This document shows, piece by piece, positions 32,170 through 42,038 of a stretch of DNA of 64,000 nt. Both the position numbers and the translations under genes were made by a program. This stretch comes from Candidatus Marinacidobacterales bacterium (lineage in GTDB: Bacteria; Acidobacteriota; Vicinamibacteria; Marinacidobacterales; DATDRI01). Below the pieces are notes generated by a model. That model had not been told where the DNA came from and searched no databases. It worked only from the letters and a program-made list of their open reading frames with translations. The number at the start of each line of letters is the position of its first letter. Position 1 is the first letter of the stretch. Where the stretch lies: the NCBI GenBank assembly GCA_965219415.1, contig OZ244742.1, forward strand, positions 480,001 through 544,000, in the 5' to 3' direction.

Positions 32170-32763
32170 ATGAACAACAATGACGAATCGGCAAAGCCCC
32201 GACTCGGAACGCTTGGATTACCAGAAGCTTGGTCGATAGCAGTACAGCTCACCGGTACTTTCGGATTGGCCGTCTTCCTGGTGCTGTACTACGTGCTCTT
32301 CATGCAACCCAAGGCGCAGGCCCGCTACGACCAGTTGACCCTCTCGGTCGACTCCTTAATCGAGGTCGTCGAGCGAGGACAAACCGTCGTAACAAGAGAA
32401 CAAGGCGACCGGCTAGAAGAACTGTATATCTTGGCGGTGGCCCCGGAACTCGGAGATCGCTTAGAGCGGGTACTCCCCGACGGTGCGGTCTCTGCCGCCG
32501 CGGCTTCCGGCTTGAGGCAGGAACTACGCACGAACCTCGAAGACGTCCTTATCGTGCGGTCTCGACTACTACGCGGATTGAGTCTTCGCGACAGCGGCGA
32601 CGTATCTCAGATGCTCGTGGACAAGATACGAGAGCGGGATATTGCCGAACAATTGGCACGTCGAGCCGTGCTAGAGTGGCCGTTCGCCTCTCAAAAGGAT
32701 GCCGTCAGCATGTGCAAAGAATCGTTGTACTTTGCCTTTCGCAGGACCGCGCTTGCGAAATGA
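32170..32763 (+). CDS. Hypothetical single-TM protein with helical C-terminus
   Basis: GGAGG RBS; TM TFGLAVFLVLYYVLF followed by a coiled-coil-like segment. Confidence 0.65.
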   Translation: MNNNDESAKPRLGTLGLPEAWSIAVQLTGTFGLAVFLVLYYVLFMQPKAQARYDQLTLSVDSLIEVVERGQTVVTREQGDRLEELYILAVAPELGDRLERVLPDGAVSAAAASGLRQELRTNLEDVLIVRSRLLRGLSLRDSGDVSQMLVDKIRERDIAEQLARRAVLEWPFASQKDAVSMCKESLYFAFRRTALAK

Positions 32764-32856
32764 CCGTGCGTCGGCAGGCGTGAGGACTCAGGCGAGGATT
32801 GCTGGCGACGTCGGAGCCTAACCCCAGCTCACCATCGCCACCCCAAAAGGAGGGCG

Positions 32857-33624
32857 CTACGGATTGCTGACTGGACCTTGCCCGACCCTAAACGGTCCCT
32901 CGATCACCAGCGGCTGATAACGATTGAGCCTCCATGCCTCGTAGAGCCCGAACCCGATGATCAGAAGACCGATGATATTCTCGACACCGGCCAGGAAAGG
33001 TATCGCCGCTACGAAGAGGACGAAAGCAACCAGCCCGACGAAAAAGTCACTCGGTGTAAGCGGTCCCTCCTCGGCTTCGAGCGCGCCCGCAGGGGTATTG
33101 AAGGAAATCACTTCTCCCTCCTCGACGCCCTCGTCACCGATGGAATCGAGGGATTGCGACTCCCCCGCGAGCTCCTCTTCCTCCCACGCCTCGAAAACGA
33201 ACGGAACGTAGGTGCTGACGATGGCTCCGTACGTAAGAACCACCGCGAGGGCTTGATACATCCATCCGCCGCGAGCGTAAGAGCCCCAGTTGACGGCGAC
33301 GCCGACCATGAAACCCACCAAGATCGCCAACAACCCGAACTCGTATCCCGTAAGCGCCAAGACCGCATAGTAGATGCCGGCACCGAGGGCTGCCGCCACA
33401 CTTCCTGCGAAAAGAGCGCGAAGGAATCGGCCCGCGGACGAACCGTTGTACCGTTGGTCCTCGACGGTATAACGACATTTTTGGCAGGCGCTTTGACCGT
33501 TTACGTCGAAGTAGGCATCGTGGATCTGCTCCTGACAAAACTCGCACCCGAGCTGTCCGGCGTTCCCGTCTACCTTTTCGAATCGGATATCTTCTGCAGG
33601 TTGTTGTACGTCGTTCTCGTTCAT
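32857..33624 (-). CDS. Hypothetical membrane protein with N-terminal CxxC...CxxC
   Basis: CEFC...CQKC, several TM helices, acidic loop. Confidence 0.75.
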   Translation of the reverse strand: MNENDVQQPAEDIRFEKVDGNAGQLGCEFCQEQIHDAYFDVNGQSACQKCRYTVEDQRYNGSSAGRFLRALFAGSVAAALGAGIYYAVLALTGYEFGLLAILVGFMVGVAVNWGSYARGGWMYQALAVVLTYGAIVSTYVPFVFEAWEEEELAGESQSLDSIGDEGVEEGEVISFNTPAGALEAEEGPLTPSDFFVGLVAFVLFVAAIPFLAGVENIIGLLIIGFGLYEAWRLNRYQPLVIEGPFRVGQGPVSNP

Positions 33625-33830
33625 CGTCGCGCTCCGGTAACGTGGCCGAAACCCCACAGGGATGGCCGGCTAAACCCACTAACTCGCGTATTGGACTTTC
33701 AAAATGGGAAGATCTCGTCGTTTCGGTAGATCTAAGCAAGAAGGACGCCAGACTGAAGTTTGGCTGGACGACCGGGCGCGTGCTAAGCCCCCATTGACGG
33801 GCGGCATACCGTATGCGATAAGACAGTCCG

Positions 33831-36074
33831 ATGAGGGCCCGGTGCCTCCTAGGTTGCTCCCTGATAGCCTTCAGCTTCGCAGGGCTCGTCACCGCTCAGC
33901 AGGACGGAAGCCGGCAGACTGAGCGGGCGTCGCGAAGGCTAACAGCAATCCGTATCAGTATCCCCATCGTCATCGACGGTTCGCTCGACGAGTCCGCCTG
34001 GGAAGCAGCGTCCCCGGCGTCGGGATTCATTCAAAACGAGCCTCACGAAGGCGAACCGGCGACCTTCGACACCCTGGTCAAAGTCGTATACGACAACGAC
34101 TACCTCTATTTGGGAGTGCTGGCCCTCGATGACGATCCGGACCGCATCCGGCTCACCGACATCACACGCGATTTCAACATCAGCTCCGGTGATGCTTTCG
34201 GCGTGGTCCTCGATACTTTCCTCGACCATCGGAACGGATACATCTTCCAAACTAATCCCGGGGGGGCGAAGTACGACGCCCAATTCTTCAACGAGGGCGC
34301 CGAGCACAACGTGAACTGGGACGCCGTTTGGCAGGTGGCCAGTACCGTGGGTGGACGAGGCTGGACGACCGAGATTGCCATACCGTTCAAATCCTTGAAT
34401 TTCCGTGACCAGCCGCTTCAAGCCTGGGGGATCAACTTCGTACGGAGAGTCCGGCGCCTCAACGAGGAAAGTTACTGGTCGCCGCTTCCACGGATTCACC
34501 GGCTCCCCCGCGTTTCTCTGGCCGGCACGTTGGAAGGCCTTCAGGGCACGAAGCCAGGACGGAACATCAAGGTGACGCCGTATGCAAAAGGTGATCTGAC
34601 CGAGACTCGGATAACGGGTAGGACCGAGGACCTCGACGGCGGGCTCGATGCCAAGCTGGGGATTGGAACCGGTCTCACTCTGGATCTGACGGTCAACACA
34701 GACTTCTCACAGGTCGAGGCCGACGTACAGCAAGTCAACCTTACACGTTTCAGCCTTTTCCTTCCCGAGAAAAGAGAGTTCTTCCTCGAGAACTCCGGGA
34801 TCTTCCGCTTCGGGTCACCGGAGGAACAGAGGGTCCAGTTGGCCCGCGCCCAGTTCGGTTCCCTCCTGGTCGGCTCCAACATCCGGGGCGCCCAAGCGCG
34901 TGGCGACGACCTTCTCTTGTTCTTCAGCCGCCGTATCGGGCTCTCTGAGATAGGCACGCCCATTCCCATTATCGCCGGAGCACGCCTAACTGGGCGGGCT
35001 GGACCCTACCAACTCGGCCTGCTCACGATTCAGACCGATGCCCTCGAGCCATTCGTGAACGAGGAGAATTTCACCGTGCTCCGCGTCAAACGCGACGTCT
35101 TCGCCAACTCCAACGTAGGCGCCATGTTCATCAACCGGGCTACGACGGGTTCACCCCACTACAATCGAAGCTTCGGCGTCGACGCCAATTTTCGCCTGGG
35201 TCAGAAGGCGGAGATCCTCGGGTATATTGCAAAAACGGAGACGCCCGGGCTCGAAGGAGACGACTTGGCGGGCCGGGTGGCGTTCAACTATGACGGGAGT
35301 TTCGTAAACCTCCGGACATCGGTATCAAGCCTGCAGGACGATTTCAATCCGGAGGTCGGTTTCGCCCCGCGGGTCGGTGTCCGGCGAGGCAGCGCGTACG
35401 TCGGATTCCATATCCGACAGCCGTTTTGGAGGGGATGGATCCGTGAGATCAACGCCCATAGTGAGTTCGACTATTTTACCGATCAGGGGGGCGAGCTGGT
35501 TAACCGGTATTTCAACATCCACATTCCGTTTTACTTGCAGAGCGGTGGCATCTTCGAGATCGGCCGAAACGAGACTTTGGACCTGACACTCGAGCCCTTC
35601 GCCATCCACCCCACTACCATCGTAAGTGCCGGCCTCTATGACTTCACGGAGTACTTCGCCTTTTACTACACCGATCCGAGCCGTACGCTCTCGGGCAACT
35701 TCCGGGCCGGCTACGGCGACTTCTTCTCGGGAACGAAGCGGGATTGGACGGTCGGTGGAACGGTCCGGTTGGGCGCCAATCTCAACGCCCAGGTCATCTG
35801 GTCGACGAATGATGTGGATCTAGCGGAGGGAAGCTTCATAACCCATTTGGCGACCAGCCAGTTCAACTACTCCTTCAGCAACCGCATGTTTCTCAATGGT
35901 CTCATTCAATACAACACCGTGCTCGATCAATGGAGCAGCAACATTCGTTTCAACTGGATTCACCGACCGCTGTCCAATTTTTTCCTGGTTTACAACGAGC
36001 GCCGTGACGCCGTAACCGGCGCGCGATTGGACCGCGCCTTGATCGCGAAATTCACCTATCTCCTCGATTTCTAG
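33831..36074 (+). CDS. CBM9-like + DUF5916 outer-membrane protein
   Basis: Signal peptide, IDGSLDESAW, WTTEIAIPF, LTVNTDFSQVEAD, EKREFFLE, terminal Phe. Confidence 0.88.
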   Translation: MRARCLLGCSLIAFSFAGLVTAQQDGSRQTERASRRLTAIRISIPIVIDGSLDESAWEAASPASGFIQNEPHEGEPATFDTLVKVVYDNDYLYLGVLALDDDPDRIRLTDITRDFNISSGDAFGVVLDTFLDHRNGYIFQTNPGGAKYDAQFFNEGAEHNVNWDAVWQVASTVGGRGWTTEIAIPFKSLNFRDQPLQAWGINFVRRVRRLNEESYWSPLPRIHRLPRVSLAGTLEGLQGTKPGRNIKVTPYAKGDLTETRITGRTEDLDGGLDAKLGIGTGLTLDLTVNTDFSQVEADVQQVNLTRFSLFLPEKREFFLENSGIFRFGSPEEQRVQLARAQFGSLLVGSNIRGAQARGDDLLLFFSRRIGLSEIGTPIPIIAGARLTGRAGPYQLGLLTIQTDALEPFVNEENFTVLRVKRDVFANSNVGAMFINRATTGSPHYNRSFGVDANFRLGQKAEILGYIAKTETPGLEGDDLAGRVAFNYDGSFVNLRTSVSSLQDDFNPEVGFAPRVGVRRGSAYVGFHIRQPFWRGWIREINAHSEFDYFTDQGGELVNRYFNIHIPFYLQSGGIFEIGRNETLDLTLEPFAIHPTTIVSAGLYDFTEYFAFYYTDPSRTLSGNFRAGYGDFFSGTKRDWTVGGTVRLGANLNAQVIWSTNDVDLAEGSFITHLATSQFNYSFSNRMFLNGLIQYNTVLDQWSSNIRFNWIHRPLSNFFLVYNERRDAVTGARLDRALIAKFTYLLDF

Positions 36075-36167
36075 CGGTGACCCGGGCGGAATGCACAACC
36101 ACCAAGCTGTGGTCGAATGAGACTAATGCTTGACGGATGAGACTACCGCAAGCCAGTATATGCGCGA

Positions 36168-37610
36168 GTGCCAACTGAATCCGACAATCCCCAAAGCCTA
36201 GTCCGAGGACTGGTGCCCCCGTTACGCGGTCCCGAAACCCTTCGAGATGCGGCTTCTAGCGTGGACCTGTTCGGTCATCTCGAGCGGAGCATTCGAGAGG
36301 GCGTCCCCAAGAAAAGAGTTCCTGCGATCCATCGACGAGTTGCGCCCCTTGGTTTACGGAGGCGCTCTGCGATGACTATCGCGATCCTTACTATGCGAGA
36401 CTCCTCCTACCTGAAGTTGACGAATTTCCTCATATCCAGGTACCACTACGTTTGCCAACATCTCTATCTGATCTCAAAGCCCGTCACACTTATGGTGGAT
36501 CCTTCGAATGCCTGCCAGCTTCGCTGCCCCGCTTGTGTGCACTCGACGAACGAGGAGTTCACGAAGGGATTTCTTTGGCCAAGTGGGATAATGAAGGTGC
36601 CTGCTTATCGCAGCCTGCTACGAGATCTCGGACCGTTCGCTCTCAGCACGGTTCTCTTCAACTACGGGGACCCCCTGCTTCATCGGGAAATAGCCGATTT
36701 CGTCCTTGCCGCCAACAGCTAGGCCATATCTTCCTTTTTCTCCTCGAATGTGTCGATGAAGTTCGATGTGGATCGGTTCGTCAAGGCCGGACCGGACCAC
36801 ATCATTCTATCCATTGATGGCATCACTCAGGACTCATACGAAAAGTTTCGCAAGCGCGGAGATCTGTCTCTTGCGCTTGCCAACGTACAACGGCTCGTCG
36901 CCGCAAAAAGAAAGTACGGCTTCAATAGGCCGATTCTTTCGTGGCGGTTCTTCACTTTCGAGCACAACCTTTATGAAGTCGATCGGGCCATCGAGATGGC
37001 CCGAGAGCTCGGCGTCGACTACATGCTAATCAGCACGCCCAGTGACGTCTCCGGAGATGATCCCGACGTGCAGGTGGCAACGAGCGAGCGCGAGGGAGTG
37101 TACGGGTTCACGGATCCGCAGATGACTCGCCGGGAACCTAGGCGGATCCTGGACCTGCTAGCTCGATACGACGAAGTCGACCACCTCTTTGCCGAGGATT
37201 GGTTGGCGCGAGCTGGCGAGGAGTCTCTCAACGAAACCAATGTGGGGTCGGGCACCTGCCTGTGGCTCTATTACAACATGACGGTCGACGCCATCGGCCG
37301 GGTCATGCCTTGCTGCATCGTTCCCAAAACTTACGAGAAGTTAGTGTTCGGAGACCTATCCGAAAAGCATCCCGATCCATTCAACACGGAGTCCTACATC
37401 CGGGCACGACTGAGCTTCGCCGATAGACGGCTCTTCGAGGAGTCATCTGACGCGACAGATGGTCAGCAGCCACCGTACTGCTCCATCTGTCCCAAACCGC
37501 CTCCGCTCACCTACAGCCCCGTTAACAGGCTCCAAGACCTGCTCGACCTCGACTTCCGCAAGGCCATCATGGATCCCAACAACGAGCTTCCGTGGAAAAT
37601 GTTCACCTGA
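36168..37610 (+). pseudogene. Radical SAM protein with SPASM/twitch-like C-terminus, in-frame TAG at 36720-36722
   Basis: CQLRCPAC, NYGDPLL, SIDG, CLWLY...GRVMPCC, CSIC; both ORF halves share one frame. Confidence 0.85.
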
Positions 37611-37613
37611 GGC

Positions 37614-39353
37614 GTGTCGCGGAGTACCACCCTCAAGGGAACGACCAGGCTTAGTTCATCCCGCCAGGATGCCAGCACGGGGGTCTCGTCCGCTCGCGGC
37701 GAGCTCCGAACCTCGGCAAGGGTCGTCCTCACGGGTAGCACCCCAATCACGGGAACTCTCCACGGCGGCTCCAAGTTATGGAACCAGAAGAGCTATGACT
37801 TGAGCTCGGTGGCCTACATCAGGGTGAAGCTCGCTGTCTCGCCCGCGAAACAAGAGCCGGCGAATCTACTGCTAAACGTCGTGGGATCAGCCGAAAGGGC
37901 GGAGGAACTTCTTTCCATCTATTCTACGGAACCTCAACGCAAGGTCGGCCTCTTCACGGACGCAAAACCGCATGTTTACCTCATCGACGTCAGATCCTTA
38001 AGCGTATCTGGTGGCGAACGAACGGCTGCCCACTTGGTGTTCGCGCCGATGGACGTGTCCGGGAGCTTCGCGCTTCACGAGATCGAGCTTCTGTACGAGC
38101 CCGACTACCGCCAGGTGGGGCCTGTCCGCGAAGATGCGGTGATCGGAGACACGCTACAGCCGAGCTTCGTTTTTGGTGGAGGAGACACCGAGCTCCTTTT
38201 CAGCGTGGAGCTTCCGTCGCGGAGCCGACTTCATTTCTCGACCGCACGCCGCGAGGGAGGCGTCCCGGCAACCATGGAGGTGGACCTCCGGGCCAACGAA
38301 ACATGGGAGTCCTTGTTTCGAGGAGTCATCGACACCGAAACATGGGCGGACCAACACCGTCGAGCTGGTTCGCTTCGGAGACCGCTCCATCGATCTCCGC
38401 TTCACCATGAGGGCCGGCGGAGACGATGGCGTCTACTACCTCGGTTCACCGCTGGTGGCGGAACACTCACCGGAAGCCCCCATCGTCATCGTCTACCTCG
38501 TGGACACGTTGAGGGCCGATCATCTTTCGGCATACGGGTATTCCCGACCAACCAGCCCGAACCTCGAGGCATTCGCTCGAAGCGCCACCCTGTTCGAGAA
38601 CTGCTACTCTCAGGCCACTTGGACCAAGCCGTCGGTCACCTCTTTGTTTACGGGCCTGGCACCCGATGCTCACCGTGCCGGAGAGCACGGCCAGGCGCTG
38701 TCGACGAGCATCCCGACCCTGGGGCGGCTCTTCCGAAATGCAGGCTTCGTCGCGGTGAGTGTCATCGCGAATGCGCACGCCGGTTGAAGCTCGAACCTTC
38801 ATGGCGGCTTCGACCGAGTAGTGGACCGAAGTGCGGATGGCTCTTCCTCGACCGACGCCCGAGCGGTGCAGGCCGGCTTGAAGTCGGCCATCGAGAGGCA
38901 CCGTGACGAGCCGCTGTTGCTCTACGGCCACCTCATCGATCCCCACCTTCCTTACGCAGACCCCGGCGGCTGGGCCGACCGATTCAACGATGGCCAGACG
39001 ACCGAAGAGATCGCTGCCTACGACGGAGAGATCCGGTACATGGACGAGGCCTTCGGTGCCCTGGTGGACGAGCCAAGAGCCAGCGGTGTCCTGGATCGCG
39101 CCATCATCGTCTTTACGTCCGATCACGGTGAGAACTTCCGGCACGGTCTCTCGGTACCACACGGCGCGACCCTGGAGCAATCGGAAACGCGGGTCCCTCT
39201 CATCTTTTTCGGGAGAACCCATTTTCCCGAGGGGGTGCGGGTCACCACCAACGTCCAACTCGTCGACGTCCTGCCAACTCTCCTCGATCTGAACCACATC
39301 GAGTCACCCACGATGGACGGCCGCTCTCTCCTCGGTTTGGTGACCGGCGCCCC
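37614..39353 (+). pseudogene. Sulfatase-like hydrolase/transferase; frameshift near 38350, TGA 38785-38787, 3' truncated
   Basis: VDTLRADHL, WTKPSVTSLFTG, DPHLPY, YDGEI, SDHGE, RVPL, DGRSL. Confidence 0.85.
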
Positions 39354-39631
39354 GTTTCTCGTTGGTAGCCAAAAGAAGAGAGTCGGTCGGCCCTGAGCGT
39401 GTCGATGCCGATTAGGATGACGCGCTGGGGACTTTCCGCTCCCGCCACCGGTGGCAGAGCCGTCGTTGCCCCTCCCGGCGCGTCGGCGATTGCTTTCGCG
39501 TCGTTGCCAGCCCCCGCGCCGCTGCCGCTCCCGGAACTGAACCAGAATCCCAGACCCATACCGACCAGGGCCGCGATCGCAGCGACGGCCAACAGTGTGC
39601 GCATACCGAAGGAAAATCTCACATTGTCCAT
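39354..39631 (-). pseudogene. N-terminal fragment of a second membrane-anchored sulfatase-like protein
   Basis: TM anchor then VILIGIDTLRADRLSSFGYQRET, ending abruptly in the convergent gene. Confidence 0.8.
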
Positions 39632-39857
39632 CGTAGTTCCTTCCTTTGATGACGTGGTTCCATCCTCAAAGCCCTCGCTTCGAGCGTTGGTCAGACGATT
39701 GCAGCGAGAGTAGTTCAGGTCTTCGCGGCGCCACACCGCTCGCTATTTGGGGAACAGATGGTAATATTGTACAATAGTTTTAGTTTTCAAGTCCCAATAT
39801 CAAACCTGAATTGCGGTGTTCGACAAAAAGCAATCCTCCACAACGTAGATCTACGTA

Positions 39858-41978
39858 TTGAATCTCGATCATTTGCTGCGATCCTTGGAGAGAATGGTGC
39901 GGGCAGCCGAGTGCGGAATCTTTGCAATGGCTAACGCCGTGACGCGAATGCGCTCAGTCTTGGCCGGCATCCCGTGGCGCCGCGCCATCCCACCGCGCAG
40001 TGGTTGGCTCCGCCTCTTCGCCTCGCCCTTGAGCTATATCTTCGCCGCCAGCTTCTTGTTGACCGCCATCGCAAAAACGACGGTGCTGGCACGCCACGAA
40101 GACGTTTCGTCCTGGCTGTTGCACGTCCCCTGGGCCGTTTCCAACGACGCATTCGTCTACTTCGGTCTCGCCGCGCATTTCGCCGCCGTCGAAGCCCGCT
40201 TGCCGGCGATCCGCGGCGTCACATTCCCGCTCGCGGGACTGATCGGATTCATCGGTCTCGTCAACGCTTGGTATCTGAGCGTTGCCGGTTGGCAGCTCAA
40301 CGCCGACATTGTGAGCGTTGGCATCCAACGACTGGACGACACGCTGCAAATCGCCGGCGAACAAGTGTCGAGCATGGTGACCGTCGTCATCTTGGTTCTA
40401 TCCATCGCCGTCGCGATCCCGATCGCCCTTCGCTACCTCCTTTTTCGCACCAAGGGGCCGTGCAAGACGCTCGAGCATGGACGCGAGCGCGCCCATTGCG
40501 CTCTAGCAGCGGCGCTCTTGGGCGGGCTGATGTCCCTCGTCCTGCCAACGCCGCTTTTTTTTGGCGCGCAAGAGTTGGGCAGTAACGCAGCGGTGTACAC
40601 CTACTGGACTTGGGCAACGCAAAGAGACCCGGATAACTTTGTTGGCTACGATCCACCCTACCTGGTCAGCGAAGAAGAGCTGGGCCGCTTCGGCGATAAA
40701 GAGGACCGACCCAACATCCTCATCGTGATCCTAGAGTCGATCCGCTACGACCATACTTCCTTGGCGCCTCCCGACTATGCTAAGGGAACGGCAACGCCGA
40801 ATCTTTCGTTCATGGCCAAACGCGGAACCAGCGCGAGCTATGCCCGGGCCGTAGTACCGCACACGACGAAGTCGATTTTCGCAGTTCTCTGTGGCCGCTA
40901 TCCGCTTTTGCAGACGCGGACTCTCGAACAGTCCGACAATATTGCGGTGCAATGCCTACCGCGCATTCTCAGTGACACCGGTTACCGCACGGCGTTTTTT
41001 CAGAGCGCGCGCGGCACTTTCGAATTTAGGCCGCGGGTCGTCGAAAAGCTCGGTTACCAGCAATTTTCAGCGTGGGAAGATATACAGGGCGAGCCCGTGG
41101 GATATTTTTCTTCCGACGACGAGAGCTTGGCACCAGTGTTCTCGACATGGCTCGACGCCGGCAAAGACACAACAGGAAAAAGTGGTGCACGAGCACCGTT
41201 CATGGTGACGATTCTAACCTCGACGACCCACCATCCTTACCGCTTGCCCGAGCGGGTTCGCCAGCGCGTCGAAAAAAGCGGCACTGCCAGCGGAAGCGAC
41301 GAGGAGAACTACGCGCGCCTTGTCGAGAGTCAAGACCACATGCTGGGCGCCTTGTTAAAGACCCTGGACGAGCGAGGCTTGCGCGAATCCACCATCGTCG
41401 TAGCCTTGGGCGATCACGGCGAGGGTTTTGGTCACAAGGGCGTGGGCCAACACGACGCCAACGCCTTTGAGGAAGGCTTGCACGTGCCACTCGTGTTCAG
41501 CGGCCCGGGAGTTCCGCAAAAAACAATCGAGGACAACGTCACCCTGGCCGACGTGACGCCGACGTTGATGGGACTCTTGGGTCTGCGTTTGGCAGAAGAC
41601 GCCAAGGGCAACGTGATAGGAATGGATATCCTCAGTACCAAAGTCCCCCGCCGCGTGCTCTATTTTTCGTGTTGGTTCGAAACCGTATGCGAAGGTTTTG
41701 TCATCGGACGGGAAAAGGTAATCTATGCGCCCCAGATGAAGGCCGGCTGGTACTTCGATCTCGCCGCCGACTCCCTCGAAAAGCAGCCGCGCGAAATTCC
41801 TTTTCACCTGCGGGCTCGCCTGCCCGCAATGCATCGAGAACTCGACGCCTACCGGGCCGCGCGCAATTTCCCCGTCGAACTCGGGCCGGTGATGTATGAC
41901 TATCATCCTTGGCAGTGCACGCCGGGCCGGCCGTGTACCCATCCCAATGCTCGGCCCATTCGTTTCGACGAGTTTTGA
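39858..41978 (+). CDS. Membrane-bound sulfatase/LTA-synthase-family protein
   Basis: About 5 TM helices, RPNILIVILES, PHTTKS (Thr nucleophile), THHPY, GDHGE. Exact start uncertain. Confidence 0.82.
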   Translation: MNLDHLLRSLERMVRAAECGIFAMANAVTRMRSVLAGIPWRRAIPPRSGWLRLFASPLSYIFAASFLLTAIAKTTVLARHEDVSSWLLHVPWAVSNDAFVYFGLAAHFAAVEARLPAIRGVTFPLAGLIGFIGLVNAWYLSVAGWQLNADIVSVGIQRLDDTLQIAGEQVSSMVTVVILVLSIAVAIPIALRYLLFRTKGPCKTLEHGRERAHCALAAALLGGLMSLVLPTPLFFGAQELGSNAAVYTYWTWATQRDPDNFVGYDPPYLVSEEELGRFGDKEDRPNILIVILESIRYDHTSLAPPDYAKGTATPNLSFMAKRGTSASYARAVVPHTTKSIFAVLCGRYPLLQTRTLEQSDNIAVQCLPRILSDTGYRTAFFQSARGTFEFRPRVVEKLGYQQFSAWEDIQGEPVGYFSSDDESLAPVFSTWLDAGKDTTGKSGARAPFMVTILTSTTHHPYRLPERVRQRVEKSGTASGSDEENYARLVESQDHMLGALLKTLDERGLRESTIVVALGDHGEGFGHKGVGQHDANAFEEGLHVPLVFSGPGVPQKTIEDNVTLADVTPTLMGLLGLRLAEDAKGNVIGMDILSTKVPRRVLYFSCWFETVCEGFVIGREKVIYAPQMKAGWYFDLAADSLEKQPREIPFHLRARLPAMHRELDAYRAARNFPVELGPVMYDYHPWQCTPGRPCTHPNARPIRFDEF

Positions 41979-42038
41979 GGACCGTGCGGGACCTGGAGAG
42001 CGGCGAAATCACTAGCGCTTTTGACGCTGCAAATTTTA

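Noticed and set aside
31300-33624. Prophage remnant
   Set aside because: No integrase, structural or replication genes, and no att-like repeats seen.
36720-36722. Pyrrolysine read-through in the radical SAM gene
   Set aside because: No pyl genes in the window and other nonsense lesions are frequent; simple mutation is more parsimonious.
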